Positions 9,353 to 17,767 of a DNA stretch of 32,000 nt are shown piece after piece; the first letter of the stretch is position 1; each line of letters opens with the position of its first letter. This DNA is from Candidatus Velamenicoccus archaeovorus (lineage in GTDB: Bacteria > Omnitrophota > Gorgyraeia > Velamenicoccales > Velamenicoccaceae): positions 540,001-572,000 of the forward strand of contig NZ_CP019384.1 in NCBI RefSeq assembly GCF_004102945.1. The letters run 5' to 3'. Position numbers and translations under genes: made by a program. The notes beneath the pieces were generated by a model, which searched no databases, was not told the origin of the DNA, and saw only the letters and a list, made by a program, of their open reading frames with translations.

Positions 9353-11348
9353 TTCCCTGCAGGAATTGGTCCGGATCAAGGATGATCCCCAGGGCCGTTA
9401 TGCCGCGGATATCCATGACGACGTTTATTTTGGTTTTCCTGTAGCGCCTGTCCTGGCGGCCGAGCGCGCTCTTCTGGCGGGGAAGCAGAAGACGATCGCC
9501 TATTTCTCCATGGAGTACGGCCTGGCGACAAGCTTCTATAATGGATTCACATCTGTCCGCCCGGTGTCGGATGCCAATAGAGTTATTGAAAACGAAGTTT
9601 TCTCGAACGAGAGGATTGCCGACTACCTTTTTTCGTTAAAGGTCGATGCCCTGGTGGATCTTCCCATCTATTCGGGGGGTCTCGGCGTCCTGGCAGGAGA
9701 TACCATCAAGACCGCCGCGGATATGAAATTGCCCATGGTCGCCATCGGCATCCTTTGGAGCAAGGGGTATTTTAAACAGCGGTTCTGGTTTAAGTTCGGC
9801 CAATTGCCCGAGGAGATGAAATGGGATCCCTGGACGTTTCCAGGGCTTATCCCCCTGGAAGACAAGGTCAAGCTTGAGCTTAAAAATAAGGATATCTATC
9901 TGCGTCTCTGGAAGTATTATGTTTACAGCCGGACTCGCGACCATGTGGTGCCTCTTATCCTTCTGGATTCCAATGTCGAAGAGAATGACGAGGCCGGCCG
10001 GCGCCTGACCGACAAGCTGTATCGCAGCGACGATGTCTCCGGCCGTATCCTCCAGAGACTGATCCTGGGAATGGGGGGTATCCGGGCGCTGGAGGAATTG
10101 AAATACCCCGTCAGCATCCACCATTTGAATGAGGGGCACGCTGCCTTTGCTTTTGTGCGCAAGGCCGGTGATGACCCAGGCACAGATCCTGATGCCCTCA
10201 AGTCCCAATTTGCCTATACTTGCCATACGCCCGTCCCCGCCGGCCATGATCGTTTCAGCGTCGGAGAGTGCGAAGCATACCTCAATCCCCAGGACATGGC
10301 CCTTGTCAAGAGGTATGGGCTTGAAAGCCCGGAATCTTCCGTTGTGAATCTGACGGTCCTCGCCATGAATACGGCGTCAAGCGTCAACGCCGTCTCATGG
10401 AAACACGGCGAGGTGATGAAGCTGCAGTTCCCGGCCTACAAAGAACGTATCAAGGCGATCACCAACGGTGTGCATTTTTCGACGTGGGTTTCTGAGCCGA
10501 TCCTTAAATTCTTGGATAAGTTCGGCAAGGATGTCGGCGACTATCGTCATGATCCCCGTCTTTTGACGCATGTGCTTTCCCTCAAAGACAATCATGCGTT
10601 CAGGAAAGCGCTTTGGGAGGCGCACCGGGAGAACAAGAAGGGGCTTGCCGGTATGCTGGGGCGATGGCGTCTCAAAGAGGATGTTTTGACCGTGGCCTGG
10701 GCCCGGCGCATTGCCGCATACAAAAGGCCGAGCCTTATCCTGCAGGACATCGACCGCTTGATGGATATTGCCAAGCGGGTCGGTCCGCTGCAGATCCTTT
10801 TTGCGGGCAAGGCCCACCCCAATGACAACATCGCCTTTACCTATGTGAACGAGATCATGAATACCATCGACAAGACCCAGGACCAGGATGGCTTGCTTAA
10901 AATCCTGATGCTGGAGAATTATGATATATATATCGCCAAGATGCTAGTTTCCGGCGTCGATATCTGGCTCAATAATCCCCTGCCGCCCTATGAGGCGTCT
11001 GGGACCAGCGGGATGAAAGCGATCGCCAACGCCGTGGTCCAGTTGAGCACCGTCGACGGATGGATCGTCGAGGCCAAGGACAGCGGCATAGGAAAGTTTT
11101 TCGGTTATGAAGATACGGGGCGCGGCTATACCGACGGCCTCGCCCTGAGGCTGAGTGAAGATTCCAGCGATTTATATGCCTCTCTCGAGGATATGGCACG
11201 TCTGTATTACGGCACGAATGACAAAGACGGCATCCATGTTCAATCCGCATGGATCGATATGATGATTCATTGCCTGGCTGAAGCCGGGCGCTTCAATACA
11301 TTCCGCATGCTCCATGAATATAAATCCCAGGTATGGGATATGAAATAA
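9339..11348 (+). CDS. glgP: Alpha-glucan (glycogen/maltodextrin) phosphorylase, GT35
   Basis: GGLGVLAGD, NEGHAAF, TNGVH and the pyridoxal-phosphate Lys motif EASGTSGMK. The ORF is open from 9195, but the first ATG after the upstream gene body is 9339. Confidence 0.9.
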   Translation: MKSHNSLQELVRIKDDPQGRYAADIHDDVYFGFPVAPVLAAERALLAGKQKTIAYFSMEYGLATSFYNGFTSVRPVSDANRVIENEVFSNERIADYLFSLKVDALVDLPIYSGGLGVLAGDTIKTAADMKLPMVAIGILWSKGYFKQRFWFKFGQLPEEMKWDPWTFPGLIPLEDKVKLELKNKDIYLRLWKYYVYSRTRDHVVPLILLDSNVEENDEAGRRLTDKLYRSDDVSGRILQRLILGMGGIRALEELKYPVSIHHLNEGHAAFAFVRKAGDDPGTDPDALKSQFAYTCHTPVPAGHDRFSVGECEAYLNPQDMALVKRYGLESPESSVVNLTVLAMNTASSVNAVSWKHGEVMKLQFPAYKERIKAITNGVHFSTWVSEPILKFLDKFGKDVGDYRHDPRLLTHVLSLKDNHAFRKALWEAHRENKKGLAGMLGRWRLKEDVLTVAWARRIAAYKRPSLILQDIDRLMDIAKRVGPLQILFAGKAHPNDNIAFTYVNEIMNTIDKTQDQDGLLKILMLENYDIYIAKMLVSGVDIWLNNPLPPYEASGTSGMKAIANAVVQLSTVDGWIVEAKDSGIGKFFGYEDTGRGYTDGLALRLSEDSSDLYASLEDMARLYYGTNDKDGIHVQSAWIDMMIHCLAEAGRFNTFRMLHEYKSQVWDMK

Positions 11349-11372
11349 ATCCTATCATTGTCCGGCGCCTGC

Positions 11373-11402
11373 CAGCCGGCTAAGCCGGCTGTCTTTTCGT
11401 TC
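11373..11402 (+). terminator. Rho-independent terminator after glgP
   Basis: CAGCCGGC (11373-11380), loop TAA, GCCGGCTG (11384-11391), followed by TCTTTTCGTTC. Confidence 0.65.
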
Positions 11403-11410
11403 TGATTTCC

Positions 11411-11439
11411 TTGCCCCCATACAAGACTTGTGATAGTAT
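11411..11439 (+). promoter_or_regulatory. Sigma70-like promoter candidate
   Basis: TTGCCC (11411-11416), 17-nt spacer, then TAGTAT (11434-11439) with TG at 11431-11432. It has the same GTGATA-type extended -10 as the pyrG candidate. Confidence 0.35.
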
Positions 11440-11597
11440 AACGGTATGCCGGATGGTCACTTATGAAATTCCACGCGTATCGTGCCTCATCGAAATTTTT
11501 GACCTTCGGGAAGCCGGCCGCGAACGGCCTGCGTCTGCATCCCCTTGTCGGATTTTATCTGGCGGTCCTGATGGTTGCGTGTTCAGGAGGTGGAGCC

Positions 11598-12059
11598 ATG
11601 GCCCTTGAATTGAAAAGCCCCGCATTTTCCAACGGATCGAAGATCCCGCCGCAATACACCTGTGAAGGCAGAGATGTTTCTCCGCATCTCCAATGGAGCA
11701 GCGTTCCCGATGGTACAAAAAGTTTTGCGCTCATCAGCGATGATCCCGATGCGCCGTCCAAAATTTGGGTTCATTGGGTGATCTACAATATCCCGGCTGA
11801 AGCCCGAGAGCTGCCTCAGGGATTTCCTCATGATGCGTCTCTGCCGGATGGCATCTGTCAGGGAATCAACGATTCCGGGGAGACGGGTTACGGCGGGCCG
11901 TGTCCGCCCCCAGGCAAGCCGCACAGGTATTATTTCAAGCTTTATGCCCTTGATCGTGCGCTTGAGATCAAGGGGACGGCCACAAAAGAAAAGCTCCTGG
12001 AAGCCATGAAAGGGCACGTTTTGGGGGAAACGGTACTGATGGGAACGTATGAGAGGTGA
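11598..12059 (+). CDS. YbhB/YbcL (PEBP, Raf-kinase-inhibitor-like) family protein
   Basis: MALELKSPAFSNGSKIPPQYTC, DDPDAP, WVHWVIYNIP and GPCPPPGKPHRYYFKLYALD. A strong SD AGGAGG (11585-11590) lies 7 nt before ATG 11598. The ORF is open from ATG 11463, which would add a possible lipoprotein signal (LAVLMVAC). Confidence 0.85.
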   Translation: MALELKSPAFSNGSKIPPQYTCEGRDVSPHLQWSSVPDGTKSFALISDDPDAPSKIWVHWVIYNIPAEARELPQGFPHDASLPDGICQGINDSGETGYGGPCPPPGKPHRYYFKLYALDRALEIKGTATKEKLLEAMKGHVLGETVLMGTYER

Positions 12060-12079
12060 GGGAGGGAGAAGGGGGAGTT

Positions 12080-12398
12080 AACGTTACTCCTCGCGTTTTG
12101 CATCTTGATAATTTATGCCAGGACTGGTTTCGCCGAGTCGGCCTAAATTTTCCTGGTCTGCTGTTCCAATAGACCGAGTAAGCCCGGAGTTCATTTTGTA
12201 AGGAAGAGCTAGGATGGGCAAGATAAAGAAAATTAACATGACCCCTTGCGTGAACAGCTAAAAATTTTAGGATACATCCAGTCGCGTCAGAGTCGCGACG
12301 GGTATCCAAAAATTTTTAGCTACGCTCGCCTGCCTTAGCCGAAGGCCAAGGCAGGCAGGGGGTTAATTCCGCTGATAGCGGAATTAAGGAGGTCGCAC
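12080..12398 (+). repeat. Structured intergenic element (family 2, long copy) ending in a hairpin fused to the SD
   Basis: 17-nt box AACGTTACTCCTCGCGT (12080-12096) is identical to 22905-22921. Shared blocks CATCTTG, CATCCAG and TACGCTCG. Hairpins at 12257-12320 (19-nt arms, 1 mismatch), 12328-12356 (9 bp) and 12363-12387 (10 bp), followed by AAGGAGG and ATG 12399. Confidence 0.7.
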
Positions 12399-12764
12399 AT
12401 GGGGTTTTTTCTGTTTCTTGTCAGTCTTTTGTTGATCATTGAAGGGGTTTTGTTGATCCTGACGCCGAAAAAGGTCGTCAAGTTGGCTCATCAGATGCTG
12501 GATAAGCCTAAAGATGCACGGCTTCTTGGTCTTGTGCCCTTGATCATCGGCATCATGCTTTTGTTCGCGGCATCTTCCAGCGCCGTCAGCTGGCTGATTT
12601 GGCTTCTGGGGCTGGCCGGTATCGCCAAGGCTGTCTATCTGTTTTTGACGCCCGTCGCCAAGGTCAAGACGTCGCGTTGGTTCAGCATGTCGGATCAGTC
12701 TTACCGTATCAGCGGGATCATCATCCTTGTCCTGGGGGTCATTGTTTTTATTTCAAGAATATAA
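12399..12764 (+). CDS. Small hypothetical membrane protein (about 4 TM)
   Basis: 121 aa, strongly hydrophobic segments, good SD AAGGAGG 6 nt upstream. No domain recognised. Confidence 0.6.
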   Translation: MGFFLFLVSLLLIIEGVLLILTPKKVVKLAHQMLDKPKDARLLGLVPLIIGIMLLFAASSSAVSWLIWLLGLAGIAKAVYLFLTPVAKVKTSRWFSMSDQSYRISGIIILVLGVIVFISRI

Positions 12765-12776
12765 GGATGGCAGATC

Positions 12777-12817
12777 AGGCCGGACACATATGATCACGGG
12801 GGGCGTCCGGCCTTTTG
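12777..12817 (+). terminator. Possible terminator hairpin
   Basis: AGGCCGGAC (12777-12785) pairs with GTCCGGCCT (12805-12813). The loop is large (19 nt). Followed by TTTTG. Confidence 0.35.
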
Positions 12818-12862
12818 CTATACGCCATGCATATTAATATGAAAGCCCTTATCGGGGACGCA

Positions 12863-13267
12863 ATGAAGAACGTTGCCGGAGCGTTATTGCTGTTTTTTGT
12901 TTTTTTTGCCCTTGCCCGGGCTGTTTTTTCTGTTGAAGAATTCAGGTCGAATGCCGACGAATCTGAAGCCTATAATGTGACCCGCGTGCAAAAGGTCGTC
13001 GATGGCCATGTCTTCTGGGTGGAAGAGGATCGTCCTATCGAGAAAGTGGCTGGTCTCTACCGGCCGATGGACATGGATTCCTATATTCAGCTCAAATTCA
13101 GCAAGCTCCAGAAACAGCTTGACGATCTTGCCAATAAAACCAAGGCCAGGATCGATAAGCTGGAGGGGCAGGTTGGCAATCTCACTCAGAAAGTCGACCG
13201 ATGGGAGAAGAAGCAGGACGCATGGCTCAAGAACGCGCAGAACATCTCGAACACCACGACGCCTTGA
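12863..13267 (+). CDS. Hypothetical secreted protein with C-terminal coiled coil
   Basis: Signal-peptide-like MKNVAGALLLFFVFFALARA. C-terminal heptad-like KLQKQLDDLANKTKARIDKLEGQVGNLTQKV. Start is uncertain (ATGs at 12827, 12839, 12863). Confidence 0.5.
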   Translation: MKNVAGALLLFFVFFALARAVFSVEEFRSNADESEAYNVTRVQKVVDGHVFWVEEDRPIEKVAGLYRPMDMDSYIQLKFSKLQKQLDDLANKTKARIDKLEGQVGNLTQKVDRWEKKQDAWLKNAQNISNTTTP

Positions 13268-13302
13268 AGAAACAGCCGATATCCGCAGGTTACCTGGGGG
13301 CG

Positions 13303-14421
13303 ATGCGCTTGGCGGTTGCGGCATCGTTTTTGTCGCTGGTTTGCATCCGGGGTTTTGCCTATGCCCAAAATTCGGAATATGGCCAGGAGGCCGTCGCAGA
13401 CCTTGATGAAGGATTGGGCAAACTTCGCAAGGAGAGGGATAAGCTGATGGATGAGATCAGCCATCTCAAGACCGAGAAGATGGCCCTCGCCGAAGAAAAG
13501 CAACTGCGTATTGAAGAAGTAGAATCCCGTGCCACGGTGCTCAATAACGAGCTGGATGGGGCCCATGCAGAAATAGAGCGGTTAAAGTCTGAAAAGGCCG
13601 ACCTCGCCGATCAGCTAAAAGATGCCCGTTTCAATCTTGACAGAGTCAACGGCATTTTCAATAACAAGGACGCTGTTTTCATAAAGGTCAGGGATGAAAA
13701 CAACCGCCTGAAGACGGACTTGGCCGACGCCGAGAATGCCCTCCAGAGGTCTGCGGAGAAGATCCAGAAGCTCAAAAAAGAGAAAGAGAGCGCCGAAAGC
13801 GAGCTGGAGGCGACGAAGAAGCGGCTCACGGGTTATTTTGCCGATCAGGATGTGGAGCTTTCTGAGATCAGGGGCCAGCGCGAGAATCTCCAGAAGGAGA
13901 TAACTGTCCTTTCCGAAAAGCTCAAGGCCGTTGAAAATAAACGCCAGGCGGCCGTCCTGGAGGTGCAGGCTCTGCGCAATAAACTCTTGCGGCAGGCCGA
14001 AGATGCCTCGGCGAGAGAGGCGAAGCTCAAGAAAGATTTGACAGGGACGTCTGAGCGTAAGCTCAAGGAAGCCCGAGAGACGTCCGCGGCCCTCGCAGAG
14101 GCTGAGAGAAAACTGAAGGACGCCGAGAAAAAGATCACCGAGCTTGAAGAGGAAAATAAGGCCTCCAAGACCATGATGCAGCTGGCGAGCGAAAAACTGA
14201 AATATTATGCCATGACGTGCGAGGATTCAAAAAAGAAACAGACGGCGTCTCCCGGCGTTTCTCTTGCGTTGGAGGCCTGCCGCCGCGAGAATGAGACTCT
14301 TAAAGTCCAATTGACGGCCTTGAGTGAAGACCATAAAAAGCTCCTCGATGAGGTAGCGGCCTTCAAGAAGACGGCACGGGAGACACAGCAGGCTAGAGAG
14401 GCATCGAAGGCGACGAAGTGA
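13303..14421 (+). CDS. Hypothetical secreted long coiled-coil protein
   Basis: Signal-like MRLAVAASFLSLVCIRGFAYA followed by about 340 aa rich in E/K/L/A with heptad character. The ORF is open from 13201, overlapping the previous gene. Confidence 0.6.
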   Translation: MRLAVAASFLSLVCIRGFAYAQNSEYGQEAVADLDEGLGKLRKERDKLMDEISHLKTEKMALAEEKQLRIEEVESRATVLNNELDGAHAEIERLKSEKADLADQLKDARFNLDRVNGIFNNKDAVFIKVRDENNRLKTDLADAENALQRSAEKIQKLKKEKESAESELEATKKRLTGYFADQDVELSEIRGQRENLQKEITVLSEKLKAVENKRQAAVLEVQALRNKLLRQAEDASAREAKLKKDLTGTSERKLKEARETSAALAEAERKLKDAEKKITELEEENKASKTMMQLASEKLKYYAMTCEDSKKKQTASPGVSLALEACRRENETLKVQLTALSEDHKKLLDEVAAFKKTARETQQAREASKATK

Positions 14422-14533
14422 TATTTGTCGGCTTCGTCTTTGGAAATCGACTCGCAGGGCAGGGCTGTTTCTCCGCTATGAGGGCGGCTTTCTGTTTTTA
14501 TCCTGGGTTTTTGGGTCAGGCCAAGAGGCATGA

Positions 14534-15793
14534 ATGATATTATGCGATAAAACTTTCGGTATCGATCGGTTGATACGTCTGGTCAGCTGGATCCTGATCT
14601 CTTTTTCTATTCTTGCGGTTTTTATGACGACGCCGCGGGAAGAGGGGTTCGCCAAGACTGCCGATGAAGGATATTATTTTATGTACGCGATGGCCGTCAA
14701 GGAAGGAGGGATGGCCCAATTCCCGGTCCTTCTGCAGCAGCACTTATCGGATAAGGTGGCGCAGCTTTTTCCTCATCCCGGCCGCATTGGTTATGTCCTT
14801 CTGACAGCAGGCTGGTTGAGCATCTTTCCCGATACGTTCCTTTCCCTGGCGCGGCTTTCCTGGTTCTGTTTTGTCCTGTTTTTGTTCGTTTCTTTCTGGT
14901 TTTCAAGGAAATATTTCGGCGAACGCACAGCCTCTTTCTATACGGTGCTCTTGTCCATCCATCCGCTGTTGATGACGGCCGGCCGCCGCGTCCTTCAGGA
15001 CAGCATGCTCAATCTTTTCTGGGCGCTCTCCATATGGTTTTTCCTCGATTTTCTGATGGAAAAGAAACGGCGGCAATACGCGTTGTTCCTATTGTTTTTC
15101 TGCATTAGTCTTTCCATCAAGGAGGCGTCGGCGATCCTGTGGGCCTTTTTTGCCTGCGCCTTTGTCCTTTTCAGGGAAAAGAATGATCCGCGCCTTACCG
15201 GCCGCCATCTCTTGGGTATTTTTCTCGTCCCGGTTTCCGTTTTGGGATTATTGTATCTCTGGTTGTTGGGCGGTTGGGCCAACGGCTTGGCGCTGGTCCG
15301 TTATCTCATAGGTGTGCATTTCCCTGCCGCCGGGGCCGTCACCAATGCCTATTCGTTGTTCGGCATGGGGCCCTGGTATAAGTTCATCATGGACGACCTG
15401 ATGCTTTCTCCATGGACTGTGCTTTTGGCTGTCGGCTATCTCTTTCATATCATGCTCAATCGCCGGGCCGCCAAGCCCGTGACGTACCTGGCCTTGTTTT
15501 TGGTCTTTCTCTATGGGGTCATGAGCGCCATGAAATATACCAAGATCATCCGGTTTGTGATGAGCATGGAGATCACCGTTTGCCTTTTTGCCGTCTTGAT
15601 GCTTGAAGAAATTTTTGCCGCCGAAAAAAAAGACGAGAGGCGTGCGCTTTTCGTGTTTCTCTCCGTCTGCGTGATTTATCTGGTCAACAGTATCAACTTT
15701 GTGCACCTATTCGTCCGCTGGAATATTTACGATCCTATCAGCTATTGGCTGTTGCAGGCGCAAAAGGTCATCCCTCCGAGGAGTCTATTCTAG
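14534..15793 (+). CDS. GT-C-fold membrane glycosyltransferase, ArnT/PMT (GT39/GT83)-like
   Basis: 419 aa with about 11 TM segments. Acidic first-loop motif ADEGYYFMYA. The RKYFGERTA...HPLL...R.LQDS pattern is typical of the PMT_2-type family. SD AAGAGG 5 nt upstream. Confidence 0.65.
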   Translation: MILCDKTFGIDRLIRLVSWILISFSILAVFMTTPREEGFAKTADEGYYFMYAMAVKEGGMAQFPVLLQQHLSDKVAQLFPHPGRIGYVLLTAGWLSIFPDTFLSLARLSWFCFVLFLFVSFWFSRKYFGERTASFYTVLLSIHPLLMTAGRRVLQDSMLNLFWALSIWFFLDFLMEKKRRQYALFLLFFCISLSIKEASAILWAFFACAFVLFREKNDPRLTGRHLLGIFLVPVSVLGLLYLWLLGGWANGLALVRYLIGVHFPAAGAVTNAYSLFGMGPWYKFIMDDLMLSPWTVLLAVGYLFHIMLNRRAAKPVTYLALFLVFLYGVMSAMKYTKIIRFVMSMEITVCLFAVLMLEEIFAAEKKDERRALFVFLSVCVIYLVNSINFVHLFVRWNIYDPISYWLLQAQKVIPPRSLF

Positions 15794-15795
15794 AC

Positions 15796-16467
15796 ATGAA
15801 GACGACTTTGTTGATTCCGACTTTGAATGAGATTGACGGCATGAAGGCTGTTATGCCCAGGATCAAAAAGGAATGGGTCGATGAGATTGTCGTCGTTGAC
15901 GGCGGATCGATCGACGGTACGGTAGCGTATGCCCGCGATAGCGGCTACCTCGTCGTTGAACAGAAACTCAAAGGGCTGGTGAATGCTTACCGCGAGGCCA
16001 TGCCTTACGTCCATGGCGATATCGTGATCACGTTTACGCCGGACGGAAACTCCGTCCCCGAGAAGATACCGCCTCTTATCGAGAAGATGAAAGAGGGCTA
16101 TGACATGGTCATCGTCTCCAGGTATCTGGACGGCGCCAAGAGCTATGATGACGATGCCGTGACCGCCTTCGGGAACTGGATGTTTACATGGATGATCAAT
16201 ATCTTGTTCGGCGCTCATTATACCGATACCCTTGTTGGTTTTCGCGCCTGGAAAAAAGACCTTTTGGCCCTGGCGGATAAAGATCCCGAGCTTCCCAGCT
16301 TCGAGCCCTTCAGCGCCATCAAGTGCGCGCAATTGAAATTGAGGGCCTCCGAGATCCCCGGGGATGAGCCTAAACGCATCGGCGGCACGCGCAAAATGCA
16401 GCCTTTGCGTAACGGCTGGCAGGTGCTTATGATTATTGTCAGGGTTTTTTTTGGGTTGCATAAGTGA
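15796..16467 (+). CDS. GT2 glycosyltransferase, polyprenyl-phosphate sugar synthase-like (ArnC/GtrB/DPM1 type)
   Basis: LLIPTLNE...IVVVDGGSIDGT, TFTPDGNS, and a short C-terminal hydrophobic tail. ATG 15796 lies 3 nt after the upstream stop. Confidence 0.8.
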   Translation: MKTTLLIPTLNEIDGMKAVMPRIKKEWVDEIVVVDGGSIDGTVAYARDSGYLVVEQKLKGLVNAYREAMPYVHGDIVITFTPDGNSVPEKIPPLIEKMKEGYDMVIVSRYLDGAKSYDDDAVTAFGNWMFTWMINILFGAHYTDTLVGFRAWKKDLLALADKDPELPSFEPFSAIKCAQLKLRASEIPGDEPKRIGGTRKMQPLRNGWQVLMIIVRVFFGLHK

Positions 16468-16479
16468 GAAGGGCGGACG

Positions 16480-17460
16480 ATGTATCTTGACGGCAAAAGG
16501 GTGTTATTGGCAGGCGCGACGGGGTTGGCAGGCCGCAGCATATTGAGGTATTTATTGAGGCATTGTCCGCGCACGCGCGTCCGTGCCGTCTTTCACGAAA
16601 AAACGCGCCATGCCCTGCGTGACGGGCGCCTGGAATATGTCCGGGCGGATTTGTGCCGGCTTCAGGATTGCCGGCGCGCGGCCAAGGGGTGCGACAGCGT
16701 CTTTATGGCCGCCGCCCAGACCGGCGGGGCGCAGGCGGCTGTCCGCGAGCCCTGGCGGCAGGTGACGGATAACGCCGTTATGAACGCCCATCTGCTGCAG
16801 GCATGCCATGATACGGGTATCAGGCGCGTCGTCTGTATAGGGTCCGCTACTCTTTATCAGCCGCAGGAGGGGCCGGTCCGCGAGGAAGATTTGAAGTTGG
16901 ATCACGATCCCCATTCGTCTTATTTCGGAATAGGTTGGGTGACGCGTTTTGTGGAAAAACTCTGTCGGTTCTGGCACGAGAAAACAGGGCTGGAGGTCGT
17001 CTTGGCGCGGTGCGCCAATATTTACGGGCCCTTTGCCAGGTTCGACCCTGCGCGCGCCAATTTTATCCCGGCTTTGGTGCGCAAGGCCGTCGACAAGATG
17101 GATCCTTTTGAAGTGTGGGGGTCTGCCGATGTCGCCCGGGACGTGATCTATGCGGATGATTTTGCATCTGCGGTCGTCGCGATGATGAATGCCGCGGACA
17201 TCCGTTTCGATGTGTTTAATGTCGGTTCCGGCAAGGCCGTGACAGTGGGGGACGTCGTGGCATGGGCGCTCGCCGGCGCCGGGCATACGCCCCGCCGGAT
17301 CGTCTATCGTGAAGACAAACCTGTCACGATCCGTTCGCGCGTCCTGGATATTACGAAGGCGATGAAGCTTCTGGGCTGGAAGCCCGAAGTGGGTCCTCGG
17401 GAAGGCATCGCCAAAACCGCGGCCTGGTGGCAGGAAAACAGGAGGCACTGGAAGAGATGA
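16480..17460 (+). CDS. NAD(P)-dependent epimerase/reductase, GDP-L-fucose-synthase-like SDR (paralog 1)
   Basis: Rossmann VLLAGATGLAGRSI. IPALVRKAVDKMDPFEVWGS..VARDVIYADD resembles the Fcl HVIPAL...VWGSG..REFLHVDD region. Confidence 0.75.
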   Translation: MYLDGKRVLLAGATGLAGRSILRYLLRHCPRTRVRAVFHEKTRHALRDGRLEYVRADLCRLQDCRRAAKGCDSVFMAAAQTGGAQAAVREPWRQVTDNAVMNAHLLQACHDTGIRRVVCIGSATLYQPQEGPVREEDLKLDHDPHSSYFGIGWVTRFVEKLCRFWHEKTGLEVVLARCANIYGPFARFDPARANFIPALVRKAVDKMDPFEVWGSADVARDVIYADDFASAVVAMMNAADIRFDVFNVGSGKAVTVGDVVAWALAGAGHTPRRIVYREDKPVTIRSRVLDITKAMKLLGWKPEVGPREGIAKTAAWWQENRRHWKR

Positions 17461-17747
17461 ATCCCGTTAGACCCTTTTTCTTCACTTATGTTTTGCGATG
17501 TAAGAAAACCAATACTTTTTATACCGGAGCTACAAATAATCTAGAGAAGAGATTTGAGGAACATAAGAAAGGTTTGGTTTTTTATACATCTCTTCGGCGC
17601 CCTCTTGAACTTATTTATTTCGAAGCGTGTCTAAATAAAGGTGACACTTATCGACGAGAAAGATATTTGAAATCGGGGATGGGGAAGCGGTATCTGAGAA
17701 ATCGGCTTAAGGAAGGTTTGGTTCAGGAAACGACCTCTACGTTTTAA
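17457..17747 (+). CDS. GIY-YIG nuclease superfamily small protein (UPF0213/YhbQ-like)
   Basis: FFFTYVLRCKKTNTFYTGATNNLEKRFEEHKKG fits the GIY..YIG..R..H pattern. ATGA overlap with the upstream stop. Markedly AT-rich relative to its flanks. Confidence 0.8.
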   Translation: MNPVRPFFFTYVLRCKKTNTFYTGATNNLEKRFEEHKKGLVFYTSLRRPLELIYFEACLNKGDTYRRERYLKSGMGKRYLRNRLKEGLVQETTSTF

Positions 17748-17767
17748 GCAAAGGAGGGTCTAACGGG

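Noticed and set aside
11968-12309. 113-aa minus-strand ORF spanning the structured intergenic region
   Set aside because: It runs through the palindromes and into the 3' end of the PEBP gene. It has no SD and no recognisable domain. The region is better explained as a non-coding repeat element shared with 22905-23039.
17049-17058. GGTTCGACCC, a tRNA T-arm-like string
   Set aside because: It lies inside a well-supported SDR coding region. No acceptor or anticodon stems can be drawn around it.
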